Assembly (NCBI GenBank): GCA_034422515.1
Contig: DAOUJP010000010.1
Coordinates: 200,123 to 264,122 of the forward strand
Length of the DNA: 64,000 nucleotides
Origin: Chloroflexota bacterium
GTDB taxonomy: Bacteria; Chloroflexota; UBA11872; UBA12225; JAJDUF01
Direction of reading: 5' to 3'
In this document: piece by piece, positions 10,639 to 19,654 of the stretch
Layout: each line of letters begins with the position of its first letter
How positions within the stretch are numbered: the first letter of the stretch is position 1
Notes under the pieces: model-generated
What the model saw: only the letters and a program-made list of their open reading frames with translations
Told to the model about the DNA's origin: nothing
The model's database searches: none
Translations under genes and position numbers: made by a program

Positions 10639-12048
10639 TTATTCCTCGGATACTTCTTCTTCCTGTAACTGGGCTATTGCTGCCGCGATGTCCTCGTCGG
10701 TGGCGGCGTGCCATTCGCTGCTGCGACTTTCTAGCGCGGCGAGGACTTGCCGGTTGGTCTGCCTTTGCGCGTGGAGTTGCCGTGCGGCCGTGGTGACGCG
10801 CTCGCGGTGGCTGGCCGCCAGCGAGCCGTGTTTGCGGCGCACGATACCGGCAAACTCGCCGGTTTCGACCGCCAAGCCGGCTTGCTCGGCGCGGCGGAGC
10901 CAGGCGCGGAAGCCGACGGGACAGCGCAAGACTTCCTTTTCGCGTGCCCATTGTGGGCGGCGCTGCTCGACGACGCGGGCCAGCGCGCTGAGGAGCGCCG
11001 CGGCGTTGGCCGGCCGCACGCGGCGCACGAGTCGCTTGAGCGCCGGCGTGGCGTCCCAAGCGGCCGGGAGCTGGGCGAGGACCGGCCGGTAGAAGGTCCG
11101 CAGGGCACCATGGAGGCCGGCGCCCAGCCGCCAGTACCGCTCGGCCAGCGTCAGCTCTGCCGTGGCCAAGCGGCGGCCATCGAGCGCCGCTAGCCGCCCG
11201 GCCTCGGACCAGCCTTCGAGCGTGCCCAACATGGTTGCCGGCGCTACCGGTTCGAGGTGCGCCAACAGTTGAAAGCCATCGCCACGGGAGCGCGTGGCCG
11301 GGGCACCGCGCGGCAGCCGAGGCAGCCGGACACCGGGGCGGACGTTGGCGAGCAGCTTGTGAAGCCAGCGATTGAAGGCGCTGTCCGGGGCGATGAAGAT
11401 GCCTTCCGGGACGATAGTGCTACCCACGTTCCCGGCCATGAGCGCGGTCAGGGCCGCGTGGTAGGCCGGGGAGGGGGCCTGGGTGAGGATGGCCGCGGCG
11501 ACCTCCGGCACTTCATTGGCGATGCGCGGCAGGTTGCCGGCGAGGCGTGCCGCCGACACCTGCACCGGGTTGGCCGTATCGAGCGACGCCTTGAAATCGG
11601 CAGCCTGGACAACCAGCCGGTCGCTGCGTCCCAGGGTGCCGAGCAGCAAGAGGTCCGGGGCCGATACGCCGGCGGCGTGGAGGGCGGGGCCGGCGTCGGG
11701 ACCGGAATCGACGCTGATGAGGTGAGTGATGGTGGCGGTGCGGCCGGCGCCGAGCGGGACTGACCAGGGCAGGCGCTTTTCCAGGAGGGAGAGGCCAAGC
11801 TCTTCCCAGCGGCGGCCGATTAGGGCAGAGGCCTCGCCCCAGGCGCCGATGAGGCGCGAATACTCCTCAGCCTGGACGCTGGTGCCTGGGAATTCGGCAA
11901 TAGTGAGGAAGCGAGGCGGTAGGGGCAGGGTCGGCTTGGAGGGGCTAGGACCGCGTGCTTTGCCGGATGGTGACGGTCTCTGTCGCACAACAATTCCCAG
12001 GGTAGCGGTACGGATCGGCGTGCCGGCAGAGCGCGGCTGGCCGGGCAC
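10639..12048 (-). CDS. Hypothetical protein with acidic C-terminal tail; the start is uncertain
   Basis: 469-aa ORF with consistent codon usage. The only Met is at the ORF start, and the N-terminal region overlaps repeat A, so the true start may be an internal GTG or TTG. No recognised domain. Confidence 0.45.
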   Translation of the reverse strand: MPGQPRSAGTPIRTATLGIVVRQRPSPSGKARGPSPSKPTLPLPPRFLTIAEFPGTSVQAEEYSRLIGAWGEASALIGRRWEELGLSLLEKRLPWSVPLGAGRTATITHLISVDSGPDAGPALHAAGVSAPDLLLLGTLGRSDRLVVQAADFKASLDTANPVQVSAARLAGNLPRIANEVPEVAAAILTQAPSPAYHAALTALMAGNVGSTIVPEGIFIAPDSAFNRWLHKLLANVRPGVRLPRLPRGAPATRSRGDGFQLLAHLEPVAPATMLGTLEGWSEAGRLAALDGRRLATAELTLAERYWRLGAGLHGALRTFYRPVLAQLPAAWDATPALKRLVRRVRPANAAALLSALARVVEQRRPQWAREKEVLRCPVGFRAWLRRAEQAGLAVETGEFAGIVRRKHGSLAASHRERVTTAARQLHAQRQTNRQVLAALESRSSEWHAATDEDIAAAIAQLQEEEVSEE

Positions 12049-12218
12049 GTGCAGGGTGAGGATACCATTGGGTGTGCCTGGACAGGTGCTGGCGGTGCGG
12101 TTAGCATGGGCGCTGACCTAACCCCCGGCCCCTTCCCTCGCAGGGAAGGGGAGTCCGGTGGGGTACCGGCCCCCCTACAGGTTGGGCCACAGCGGCCAGG
12201 GTCGGGGATGAGGAGTGG

Positions 12219-13268
12219 TTGATGGTGAAGCGCGTGCGAGTGGGGTTGATTGGGTGTGGGACGGTGGCGACGGAGCGGGTGGAACACGCCTATCCGGCCT
12301 TGCGGGAGCTTGGGGAGGTCGTGGCGACGTGCGATCCGGTGCCGGAGCGAGCGGAGACGCTGGCCGGCCACGCCCGGCGGTCCGGCGCCGACTGTCGCGT
12401 CTATACGGCGCTCGACGACCTGCTGGCCGATCCGCGGGTGGAGGCGGTAGATATCTGCACGCCGCACCCGTATCACGCGGAGCCGGCCATCGCGGCCGCT
12501 GGTGCCGGTAAGCACGTGCTGGTCGAGAAGCCGATGGCGACGACGCTCGACGACGGGCGGCGGATGCTGGCCGCGGCCGAGCGTGCCGGGGTGATCCTGT
12601 GTGTCAACGAGCAGTTGCGAGTACAGGAGCCGGTGGTGCGGGCGCGCGACATGATCGCGGCTGGCGAGATCGGCACGCCGGCCGTGGTGCGGGCGCATCG
12701 GATCGGGTATTTGGAGGAGCGCTGGATGGTGCGGGGCTGGCGCCAAGACGCGGCGCAGGCCGGTGGGGGGATGCTGCTGGACCAGGGGCCGCACTATTTC
12801 GCCATGCTGCGCGTGCTGGCGGGTCCGGTGGCCGGCGAGGTGACGCACGTATCGGCGCTGGCCGGGACGGTGCGGGAGGATTGGCAGGCTGAGGATACGG
12901 CCGTGGTGGTGCTGCGCTTCGAGTCCGGGCTGTTGGGTGAGGCGCTATATTGCTGGGCCACGCGGACGCCGGATCGGGGGGCGGTCGGCGCCGCCTACGG
13001 CACGCGAGGCAGTCTGGACATTATCTCGGCGGAGGGTGGCCTGATCCTGCACCGCAGCGACCTGCCCGGGGGGCGGCAGGTGGTGATCTCCGATGACGGC
13101 TATGACCATAGCTATAACATGAGCATTGCCGACTTCCTGCACGCGGTGCGTGGCGAGGCAGCGGCTGTCAGCACGGGCACAGAGGGACTGCGGGACCTGG
13201 CGGTGGTCGAGGCGTGCTATCGCTCGTGGCGGTCGGGGCAGGTTGAGCGGGTCGAGGTTGTCGAGTAG
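12219..13268 (+). CDS. Gfo/Idh/MocA-family NAD(P)-dependent oxidoreductase
   Basis: N-terminal Rossmann fold VGLIGCGTVA...; EKPMATTLDDGRRMLAAAERAGVIL; C-terminal GFO_IDH_MocA_C-like domain. Confidence 0.9.
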   Translation: MMVKRVRVGLIGCGTVATERVEHAYPALRELGEVVATCDPVPERAETLAGHARRSGADCRVYTALDDLLADPRVEAVDICTPHPYHAEPAIAAAGAGKHVLVEKPMATTLDDGRRMLAAAERAGVILCVNEQLRVQEPVVRARDMIAAGEIGTPAVVRAHRIGYLEERWMVRGWRQDAAQAGGGMLLDQGPHYFAMLRVLAGPVAGEVTHVSALAGTVREDWQAEDTAVVVLRFESGLLGEALYCWATRTPDRGAVGAAYGTRGSLDIISAEGGLILHRSDLPGGRQVVISDDGYDHSYNMSIADFLHAVRGEAAAVSTGTEGLRDLAVVEACYRSWRSGQVERVEVVE

Positions 13269-13313
13269 GAAGGACCGGCCGGTCGGGGGTCGTAGGGAAG
13301 GATGGGGTGACGG

Positions 13314-14477
13314 ATGAGTCGGGCCTGGATTTGGAACGTATTCGACAAATTGGAGTGGTGCCGGCGGACGCGGTCGGATCTGACGGCGGCAGAGCAGGAG
13401 TTTGTCGAGGCGACGGCGCTGGACAAGGACGGGAACTGGGGGCAGGACCTCGGGCGGATGAAAGCACTCTTGGACGAGCACCCCTCCATCATCGAGCGGG
13501 CCGGTGCGATGGCCCTGTCTACTGCGATCCGCTCCAGGGAGCCTGATGAGGTGAGTGCCGAGGTGGTCCGGTTCTTGGTTGAGAACGGCGCGCGGTTCGA
13601 GTACCCCAAGGACTGCTTTAGCCCCGTGCATGAAGGGGCTTGGAGCACGGCGCACGGGCAGTTGGGCATCGAAAGGTTTCGCATTATCTTCGAGGCCGGT
13701 CTGGCCGATGCTGCACAGGTCGGTATCGAGCCGCCACACAACGGCCTGACATCCGGGCACCGGTCGCTGCTGCACATCGTGGCCATGTTCGGGCACCCGG
13801 CGCTGACCGAGCTGCTGCTCGCGCATGGAGCAGCCAAGGCCATGGAGGTTCGGCTGAACGGAAACGCCGATACGGCGCTCCAGCGGGCCGTACACGCGGG
13901 CCTCTGGCGGGACCGGCGGCGGAAGGTCGCCGAGATACTGCTCACGCACGGGGCCTACTACGACATCTTTTCGGCCTGTGCTCTCGACGACGAGGCGCGG
14001 CTGCGGGCCTTGCTGGCGGAGGACCCGGCTGCCGTGGGCACCCGGCATTCCGACCGGACAACGCCGCTCCACTGGGCCGCGGCCGCCGGCGCCGGAACAT
14101 GTGCCGAGGTGCTCTTGGCCGGCGGCGCGGAAATCGGGGCGCTCAACTCCGGCAAGAAGACCCCGCTGCATAAGGCCGCCGAGCCGCACGGCGCTACACC
14201 CGCCGATTGGACGTTCCCGCCTATTGAGCGGGTGATCGCGCTGCTGGTGCAGAACGGCGCCAACGTCAACGCGCAGGACATCAAGGGGCGGACACCGCTG
14301 CACCTCGCTACCTACGGGGGATCGGCCGCGGCCGCCGAGCAGCTGATGGCACTCGGTGCCGACACGACGATCACAAACAAGCGGGGCAAGACGGCGTTCG
14401 AGGTCGCTAGGATGGACTGCCTGTACCTCAAACCGGGACGACCCAAAGCCAAGCGGCGGACCGCAGGGCGGCGGTAG
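13314..14477 (+). CDS. Ankyrin-repeat protein
   Basis: At least four ANK repeats: TPLHWAAAAGAGTCAEVLLAGGAEIGALNSGKKTPLHKAA...NGANVNAQDIKGRTPLHLATYGG...LGADTTITNKRGKTAFEVA. Confidence 0.85.
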   Translation: MSRAWIWNVFDKLEWCRRTRSDLTAAEQEFVEATALDKDGNWGQDLGRMKALLDEHPSIIERAGAMALSTAIRSREPDEVSAEVVRFLVENGARFEYPKDCFSPVHEGAWSTAHGQLGIERFRIIFEAGLADAAQVGIEPPHNGLTSGHRSLLHIVAMFGHPALTELLLAHGAAKAMEVRLNGNADTALQRAVHAGLWRDRRRKVAEILLTHGAYYDIFSACALDDEARLRALLAEDPAAVGTRHSDRTTPLHWAAAAGAGTCAEVLLAGGAEIGALNSGKKTPLHKAAEPHGATPADWTFPPIERVIALLVQNGANVNAQDIKGRTPLHLATYGGSAAAAEQLMALGADTTITNKRGKTAFEVARMDCLYLKPGRPKAKRRTAGRR

Positions 14478-14551
14478 GGGAGGGTTGACCTCACAAGGGT
14501 AGGTTTTTGTCTGCATCAGGATTTTCAGGATGGAATGATGAACAGGATGGG

Positions 14552-14632
14552 CCTCACCCCCCGGCCCCCTCTCCATCGCCGAGCGATAGAGAGGGGGAGT
14601 GGATTCCCGCTTTCGCGGGAATGACGGAGGGG
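14552..14632. repeat. Composite D plus E hairpin repeat
   Basis: GGCCTCACCCCCCGGCCCCCTCTCCATCGCCGAGCGATAGAGAGGGGG then GGATTCCCGCTTTCGCGGGAATGACGG. Confidence 0.8.
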
Positions 14633-14754
14633 AAGCGGGAATGAGGGGGGCTAGGCGCGATGAATTGCGTCCCTACACAAAACATCTACCCTGGTGAGGA
14701 GGGTTGATGGGAGAGCGGCAGCCTACACGTGGTGCCGGTGCCGGGAGGAACAGG

Positions 14755-16137
14755 ATGGCAGAGGTAACACAGCTATACGCCGGGATCGCGCCGGTGACGA
14801 TCACGCCGGACCGGCCGCTGCTGCTGGAGGGTTATGGCTCGCGGCAGGGGCCGGCGACGGGCACGCTCGACGAGGTAGAGGCGCAGGCGCTCGTCCTGGA
14901 CGACGGGAATACGCGCGCGGCCGTTGTCGCCGCGGACCTGTGCGGCTTTGAGTCGGAATCGGCCGAGCGGATACGAGTGGCGGCGCAGGCCAGCGGCGTG
15001 CCCGGCGAGAACATCATGATTACGTACTCGCACTCGCACTCGGCGCCGCTGGTGACGCCGTTTGCGGCGGAGGTGGTTGACGGCGAGTACCTGGCGTGGA
15101 TGGAGCGGACTATTGCGGAGGCGATCATCACGGCGAGCCGGCGGCTGGCGCCGGTCACGCTCGGCGTCGGCACGGGCGAGGTCAACTTCACGGTCAACCG
15201 GCGGGTGCGGACCGCTGCGGGCACGGTGATGCGCGCAAACCCGGAGGGGCTGGCGGATCGCCGCGTGCGGGTGCTGCGCCTGGACCCAGCGGACGCGCCG
15301 GCGGCGCCGGGCACGCTCGGCGATACGCCGTTACCGGTGGCTGATCCGGTCGCTATTTTGTTTGCCTACGCAACCCATCCCGGCGTGCTGCGCGACGAGA
15401 GCTATCTCTATAGCGGCGAGTATCCGGGGGCGGCGCGGCGCGCGGCTGCGGCGATGTATAGCGCGAACGGAGGGGGCGCCGGCCCGCCGGCGATGTTCCT
15501 GCCGGCGTGCTTCGGCAATCTGCGGCCGCACTTGCTGGCGCCCGACGGCGGCTTTCGCTCCGGTACGCAGCACGAACTGACCGTGTTGGGGCGGATGCTC
15601 GGCAGCGAGGTCGTGCAGGTTGCAGAGCGTATTGTCGCAGCGCCGGTGAGCAGCATCGCCATGGGGCAGCGGATGGTACGTCTGCCATACAGCCACGTCC
15701 CCGACGCGGCCGAGCTGCGAGCGGCCCTCTCCGGGCCAAAGGCATTCTGGGCACAACACCTGCTCGATTGTCTTGCGCGCGGCGAGCCGCTGCCGGAGTC
15801 CGAGATGGCAGAGGTGCAGGTGCTGCGCGTGGGGCGGCACTGGCTTGTGGCGCTGCCCGGAGAAACGACGCTGGAGATCGGCCTTTCGATAGAGCGCGGG
15901 CTGGTCGAGCGGGGGCTGGCCGACCCGGCGCGGGGTGATATGACGCTGGCGGTGGGCTATGCCAACGGGTACGTGGGCTATCTGTGCGCTGCCAGTATCA
16001 TCACGGAGGGCGGCTACGAGCCGGCGACTTCATTCTACGAGTACCTGCGGCCGGGACCGTTCGGCCCGGAGGTCGAGCCGGCGCTGGTCAACGGCGCTTT
16101 AGAGGTGGCAGAGGAGCTTGGTCCGGCGGAGGGGTAG
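14755..16137 (+). CDS. Neutral/alkaline ceramidase-like hydrolase (N-terminal ceramidase domain family)
   Basis: LLEGYGSRQGPATGTLDEVEAQALVLDDGNTRAAVVAADLC and YSHSHSAPL resemble the neutral-ceramidase N-domain motifs (GYA...R...G.HD.L.ARA.VLDDG and HTHSGP). Start chosen at MAEVTQLYAG. Confidence 0.6.
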   Translation: MAEVTQLYAGIAPVTITPDRPLLLEGYGSRQGPATGTLDEVEAQALVLDDGNTRAAVVAADLCGFESESAERIRVAAQASGVPGENIMITYSHSHSAPLVTPFAAEVVDGEYLAWMERTIAEAIITASRRLAPVTLGVGTGEVNFTVNRRVRTAAGTVMRANPEGLADRRVRVLRLDPADAPAAPGTLGDTPLPVADPVAILFAYATHPGVLRDESYLYSGEYPGAARRAAAAMYSANGGGAGPPAMFLPACFGNLRPHLLAPDGGFRSGTQHELTVLGRMLGSEVVQVAERIVAAPVSSIAMGQRMVRLPYSHVPDAAELRAALSGPKAFWAQHLLDCLARGEPLPESEMAEVQVLRVGRHWLVALPGETTLEIGLSIERGLVERGLADPARGDMTLAVGYANGYVGYLCAASIITEGGYEPATSFYEYLRPGPFGPEVEPALVNGALEVAEELGPAEG

Positions 16138-16157
16138 CCGTATAGCAGGAGGAGATC

Positions 16158-17465
16158 ATGCCGAAGATTGCGCTTATCGGTGCCGGTAGTGTCGTCTTTG
16201 CCCGGCGGCTCACCATAGATATTCTGTCGTGGCCGGAGCTGGCCGACGGCACGATTGCGCTGATGGACATTGACGCCGAGAGCCTCGACGTGATGGGGCA
16301 GCTGGCGCAGCGCATGGTTCGGGAGCAGGGTCTGCCGACGCAGATCGAAGTGACCGAGGACCGCCGGCAGGCGCTCGACGGGGCCGACTACGTGATCACC
16401 TCGATTGACGTTGGCGGTCGGGAGCTACGGGAGCGCGACGTCGCAATTCCGCAGCAGTACGGCGTCTACCAAACCGTTGCCGATACGATTGGGCCGGGCG
16501 GCGTCTTCCGCGCCCTGCGGACCACGCCGGTTTTGGTGGATATTGCCCGCGACATGGAGGAACTGTGCCCACAGGCGCTGCTGCTGAACTACACCAACCC
16601 GATGAACATCAATATGTGGGCGATTGGCGCGGCGACGAGCGTGCCAGCGGTTGGGCTGTGCCACAGCGTCCAAGGTACGGCCGGGCAACTGGCGCGGTAC
16701 ATGGGCGTGCCGTATGAGGATCTGGCCTATTGGGTGGCCGGGATCAATCATCAGGCCTGGTTTCTGGAACTGCGCCGCGGCACCTATCGGGGCGAGGACC
16801 TGTATCCGTTGCTGCGCGAGAAGCTAGAGGACGCGGCGGTGTATGCCCAGGACCGGGTGCGTTTCGAAGTCTTCCGGCACTTCGCGTACTTCGTCACCGA
16901 GTCGAGCCGGCACATGTCCGAGTACACGCCCTGGTTCCGGCGCACCGCCGAGTTGCGGGACCGCTTTACGCCGGCCGATGGCGGCGGCAAGGCGGTGGAA
17001 GTGCCCGGCGGTGACGCGGCGCGTCGAGCGGAGCACTTCGAGGACATTCGGGAGGAGCTACGCAGCGGCGAGCCGCTGCCGTTCGAGCGCACGCACGAAT
17101 ACTGCTCGTTCATCCTGCACGCCATCGAGACGAACACGCCGTTCCGGTTCAATGGCAACGTGCCGAACGAGGGGCTGATTGCCAACCTGCCGGCCGGCTG
17201 TAACGTGGAGGTGCCGATTCTCGCGGACAACGCCGGCTTGCATCCCTGTGCCATCGGTGATCTGCCGGAGCAGTGTGCGGCGATCAATCGAACGAACGTC
17301 AACGTACAGGAGCGAGCGGTCACTGCGATCCTGAACCGTGATCGGGAGGCGGTACACCAGGCGATTGCGCTCGACCCGCTGACGACGACGCAGTGCAGCC
17401 TGGACGAGGCGCGGCGGATGACGGACGAGCTGTTCGCAGCCTCAGCCGATTACCTGCGGCTGTAG
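16158..17465 (+). CDS. Glycoside hydrolase family 4 enzyme (NAD+/Mn2+-dependent alpha-glucosidase or alpha-galactosidase type)
   Basis: MPKIALIGAGSVVFARRL Rossmann start; LNYTNPMNI; CHSVQGT (catalytic Cys-His region typical of GH4). Confidence 0.85.
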   Translation: MPKIALIGAGSVVFARRLTIDILSWPELADGTIALMDIDAESLDVMGQLAQRMVREQGLPTQIEVTEDRRQALDGADYVITSIDVGGRELRERDVAIPQQYGVYQTVADTIGPGGVFRALRTTPVLVDIARDMEELCPQALLLNYTNPMNINMWAIGAATSVPAVGLCHSVQGTAGQLARYMGVPYEDLAYWVAGINHQAWFLELRRGTYRGEDLYPLLREKLEDAAVYAQDRVRFEVFRHFAYFVTESSRHMSEYTPWFRRTAELRDRFTPADGGGKAVEVPGGDAARRAEHFEDIREELRSGEPLPFERTHEYCSFILHAIETNTPFRFNGNVPNEGLIANLPAGCNVEVPILADNAGLHPCAIGDLPEQCAAINRTNVNVQERAVTAILNRDREAVHQAIALDPLTTTQCSLDEARRMTDELFAASADYLRL

Positions 17466-17480
17466 GGCCGGATTGGCAAC

Positions 17481-18269
17481 GTGGAGGTGAACGGGATGAA
17501 CCAGCGGGTGCCGATACTGGTCTACCATCATGTGTATCCCGACGGCCATGACGCGCTGGGAGCGCCGTCGGGGGAGCGGGCGACCGGGATCATCGGGGCG
17601 GCGGCGCTGCGGCGGCAGCTCGACTACCTGGTTGCCGAGGGCTGGGAGGTGATCTCGACGACGCGCCTGGTGGATTGGCTGGAGCAGGGCGTCAGCATCC
17701 CGCAGCGGGCCGTCGTGCTCCACTTCGACAACGGCTGGCTGGATACGTATACGGTGGCCTGGCCGATCCTGCGTGATTACGGGCTGACGGCTACGTGCTA
17801 CCTGATTAGCGCCGTGGCGGCGGCCACAGACGGGCAGCCGGTGGCGGTGGCCACCTCGACCGAGGGCGCGGTGGCCAAGCCCGGCCTCAGTTGGCGGCAG
17901 GCGGCCGAGCTGGTAGCGGACGGGTGGGAGATCGGCGCGCACACCGCGACGCATCCGCGGCTGGCCGAGGTGCAGGCGGCGACGGGTGACGCCGGGGTCG
18001 TGGCCGAGATAGAGCGCTCCCATGCGATGTATCGTGAGGGGATGGGTGCGGTGCCGACGCACTTTGCCTATCCGAGCGGCTCGCGCAATGCCCGGACCGA
18101 CGCGCTGCTCGCGCCGTATTATAGTTCCCTGCGGCGCTGGCACTTCACCTCCCCGCCGCGGTGGACGTACACCGACCGCAGCACGTCGCCGCTGGCGTTG
18201 GAGTGCCAGAATGTGGATAACACCGTGTCCTTTCGGGACTTCGTCCGGCTGTTCGAGGGGGTGGGATAG
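17481..18269 (+). CDS. Polysaccharide deacetylase (CE4/NodB-homology)
   Basis: VPILVYHHV...VLHFDNGWLDTYTVAWPILRDYGLTATCYLI...THPRL; NodB motifs. Confidence 0.8.
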   Translation: MEVNGMNQRVPILVYHHVYPDGHDALGAPSGERATGIIGAAALRRQLDYLVAEGWEVISTTRLVDWLEQGVSIPQRAVVLHFDNGWLDTYTVAWPILRDYGLTATCYLISAVAAATDGQPVAVATSTEGAVAKPGLSWRQAAELVADGWEIGAHTATHPRLAEVQAATGDAGVVAEIERSHAMYREGMGAVPTHFAYPSGSRNARTDALLAPYYSSLRRWHFTSPPRWTYTDRSTSPLALECQNVDNTVSFRDFVRLFEGVG

Positions 18270-18437
18270 GGGGTATTGGCTCTCACCAGGCTAGGTTTCT
18301 CGGCAGCAGGCGGGGTGGACCTACTCCCCGCTCCTTCCCTGGATGAAAGTTGACAACTTAATCGGGTAGTGGGATGTAGCCCCCCTATGACCCCCCGCTG
18401 CGGCGGGGAGACGGGAGCGGAGGTAAGGAGGTTGGTG

Positions 18438-19439
18438 ATGGAATATCGGACGTTCGGTGCGACGGGCTTGCGGGTGTCGGCCATTGGGCTGGGCGCTTTT
18501 CCGCTCTCCGGGATGCGCCAGCAGCCCGACGGGCGGATGCTCGGTTGGACGGGGACGGATGACCGCGAGGCGGTGGCGCTGATCCATCGCGGCGAGGAAT
18601 TGGGCGTCAACCTGATTGATACGGCGGAGTCCTATGGAGCCGGCCACAGCGAGATCGTCACCGGCAAGGCGCTGGCCGGGCGGCGCAACCGCTGGATCGT
18701 GGCGACGAAAGTGAGTCCGTTCACGCGGCCGGCGCCCAATATGGGATCGGCCGGCAGTCCGCTGATCGCCGCTACGGCGCGGCAGCGGATCATCGAGGCG
18801 TGTGAGGGGAGCTTGCGCCGCCTGGGGATGGACCACATAGACTTGTATCAGCTCCATGCGGTTCCCGCCACGCCGGCGATGCCGGCCGTGATGGAGGCGC
18901 TGGCGACGCTGCGCGAGCAGGGCAAGGTCCGTTGGTACGGCATTTCCACGAATGACCACGCAGCGATCAAGCAGCTTCGCACGCTCGGCCCGATTGACGT
19001 GCTCCAGATCGGCTACAACCTGCTGGAGCGCGAGGCCGATGGCTTGTTGCACTGGTGTCGGGAAGAGCGGATCGGGACGCTCATTCGCGTGCCGTTGGCC
19101 AAGGGGATGCTCACCGGGAAGTACGTCGGAGCACGGGCGGCGGCGGTGCCGGAGGAGGACGTGCGCTACGACCGGTTCCAGTTGCCGGAGTCGGTGGATG
19201 CGCTACAGAAGTTGCCGCAGCTCGATTTCCTGGCCGCCGGGACGGGGCGGACGATGGCACAGGCAGCACTACGCTTCGTGCTGGATCACCCCGGCGTGTC
19301 GTGCGTGATTGCCGGGGCCAAGAACCGGGGGCAGATCAAGGCGAACGCCGCCGCAGTGGAAGTACCCTCATTGTCGGCGGCGGAAACGCGACGGGCAGTG
19401 GCGATTGCAGACACGATCCGCACACCGGGGTGGACCTAG
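18438..19439 (+). CDS. Aldo/keto reductase
   Basis: MEYRTFGATGLRVSAIGLGAF...INLIDTAESYG...HIDLYQLHA...IGISTND; AKR signature. The ORF-track upstream extension reads through repeat B and was trimmed. Confidence 0.85.
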   Translation: MEYRTFGATGLRVSAIGLGAFPLSGMRQQPDGRMLGWTGTDDREAVALIHRGEELGVNLIDTAESYGAGHSEIVTGKALAGRRNRWIVATKVSPFTRPAPNMGSAGSPLIAATARQRIIEACEGSLRRLGMDHIDLYQLHAVPATPAMPAVMEALATLREQGKVRWYGISTNDHAAIKQLRTLGPIDVLQIGYNLLEREADGLLHWCREERIGTLIRVPLAKGMLTGKYVGARAAAVPEEDVRYDRFQLPESVDALQKLPQLDFLAAGTGRTMAQAALRFVLDHPGVSCVIAGAKNRGQIKANAAAVEVPSLSAAETRRAVAIADTIRTPGWT

Positions 19440-19654
19440 CGGTGGTGGCGGACGGTTGCTGGGCCGGTCTGGCGGGTGCCGCAGCCCTGGACTTGCCAGC
19501 AACCCAATCCGCACTGTATCCTATGCGCGTTACCCTTGCAGCCTGGAGGAGCGCAGCAAGGGTGGGGCGCCTGATCGCTCGCCGGGCGTCGTGTCACACT
19601 GGGCGAGCATACACGCCGCTCCCTGCGGGGAGCGAGTATCTAGGAGGTACGCCG

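Noticed and set aside
12945-14576. 543-aa ORF on the minus strand, antisense to the Gfo/Idh/MocA and ankyrin genes
   Set aside because: Pro/Arg/Gly-rich low-complexity translation, typical of stop-poor antisense frames in high-GC DNA. The sense-strand genes have clear domains.
19055-19654. Upstream 200-aa extension of the SBP ORF in the six-frame track
   Set aside because: The extension is Gly/Arg-rich with no signal. A strong AGGAGG SD and a Tat/lipobox signal peptide begin at 19655, so the real start is there.
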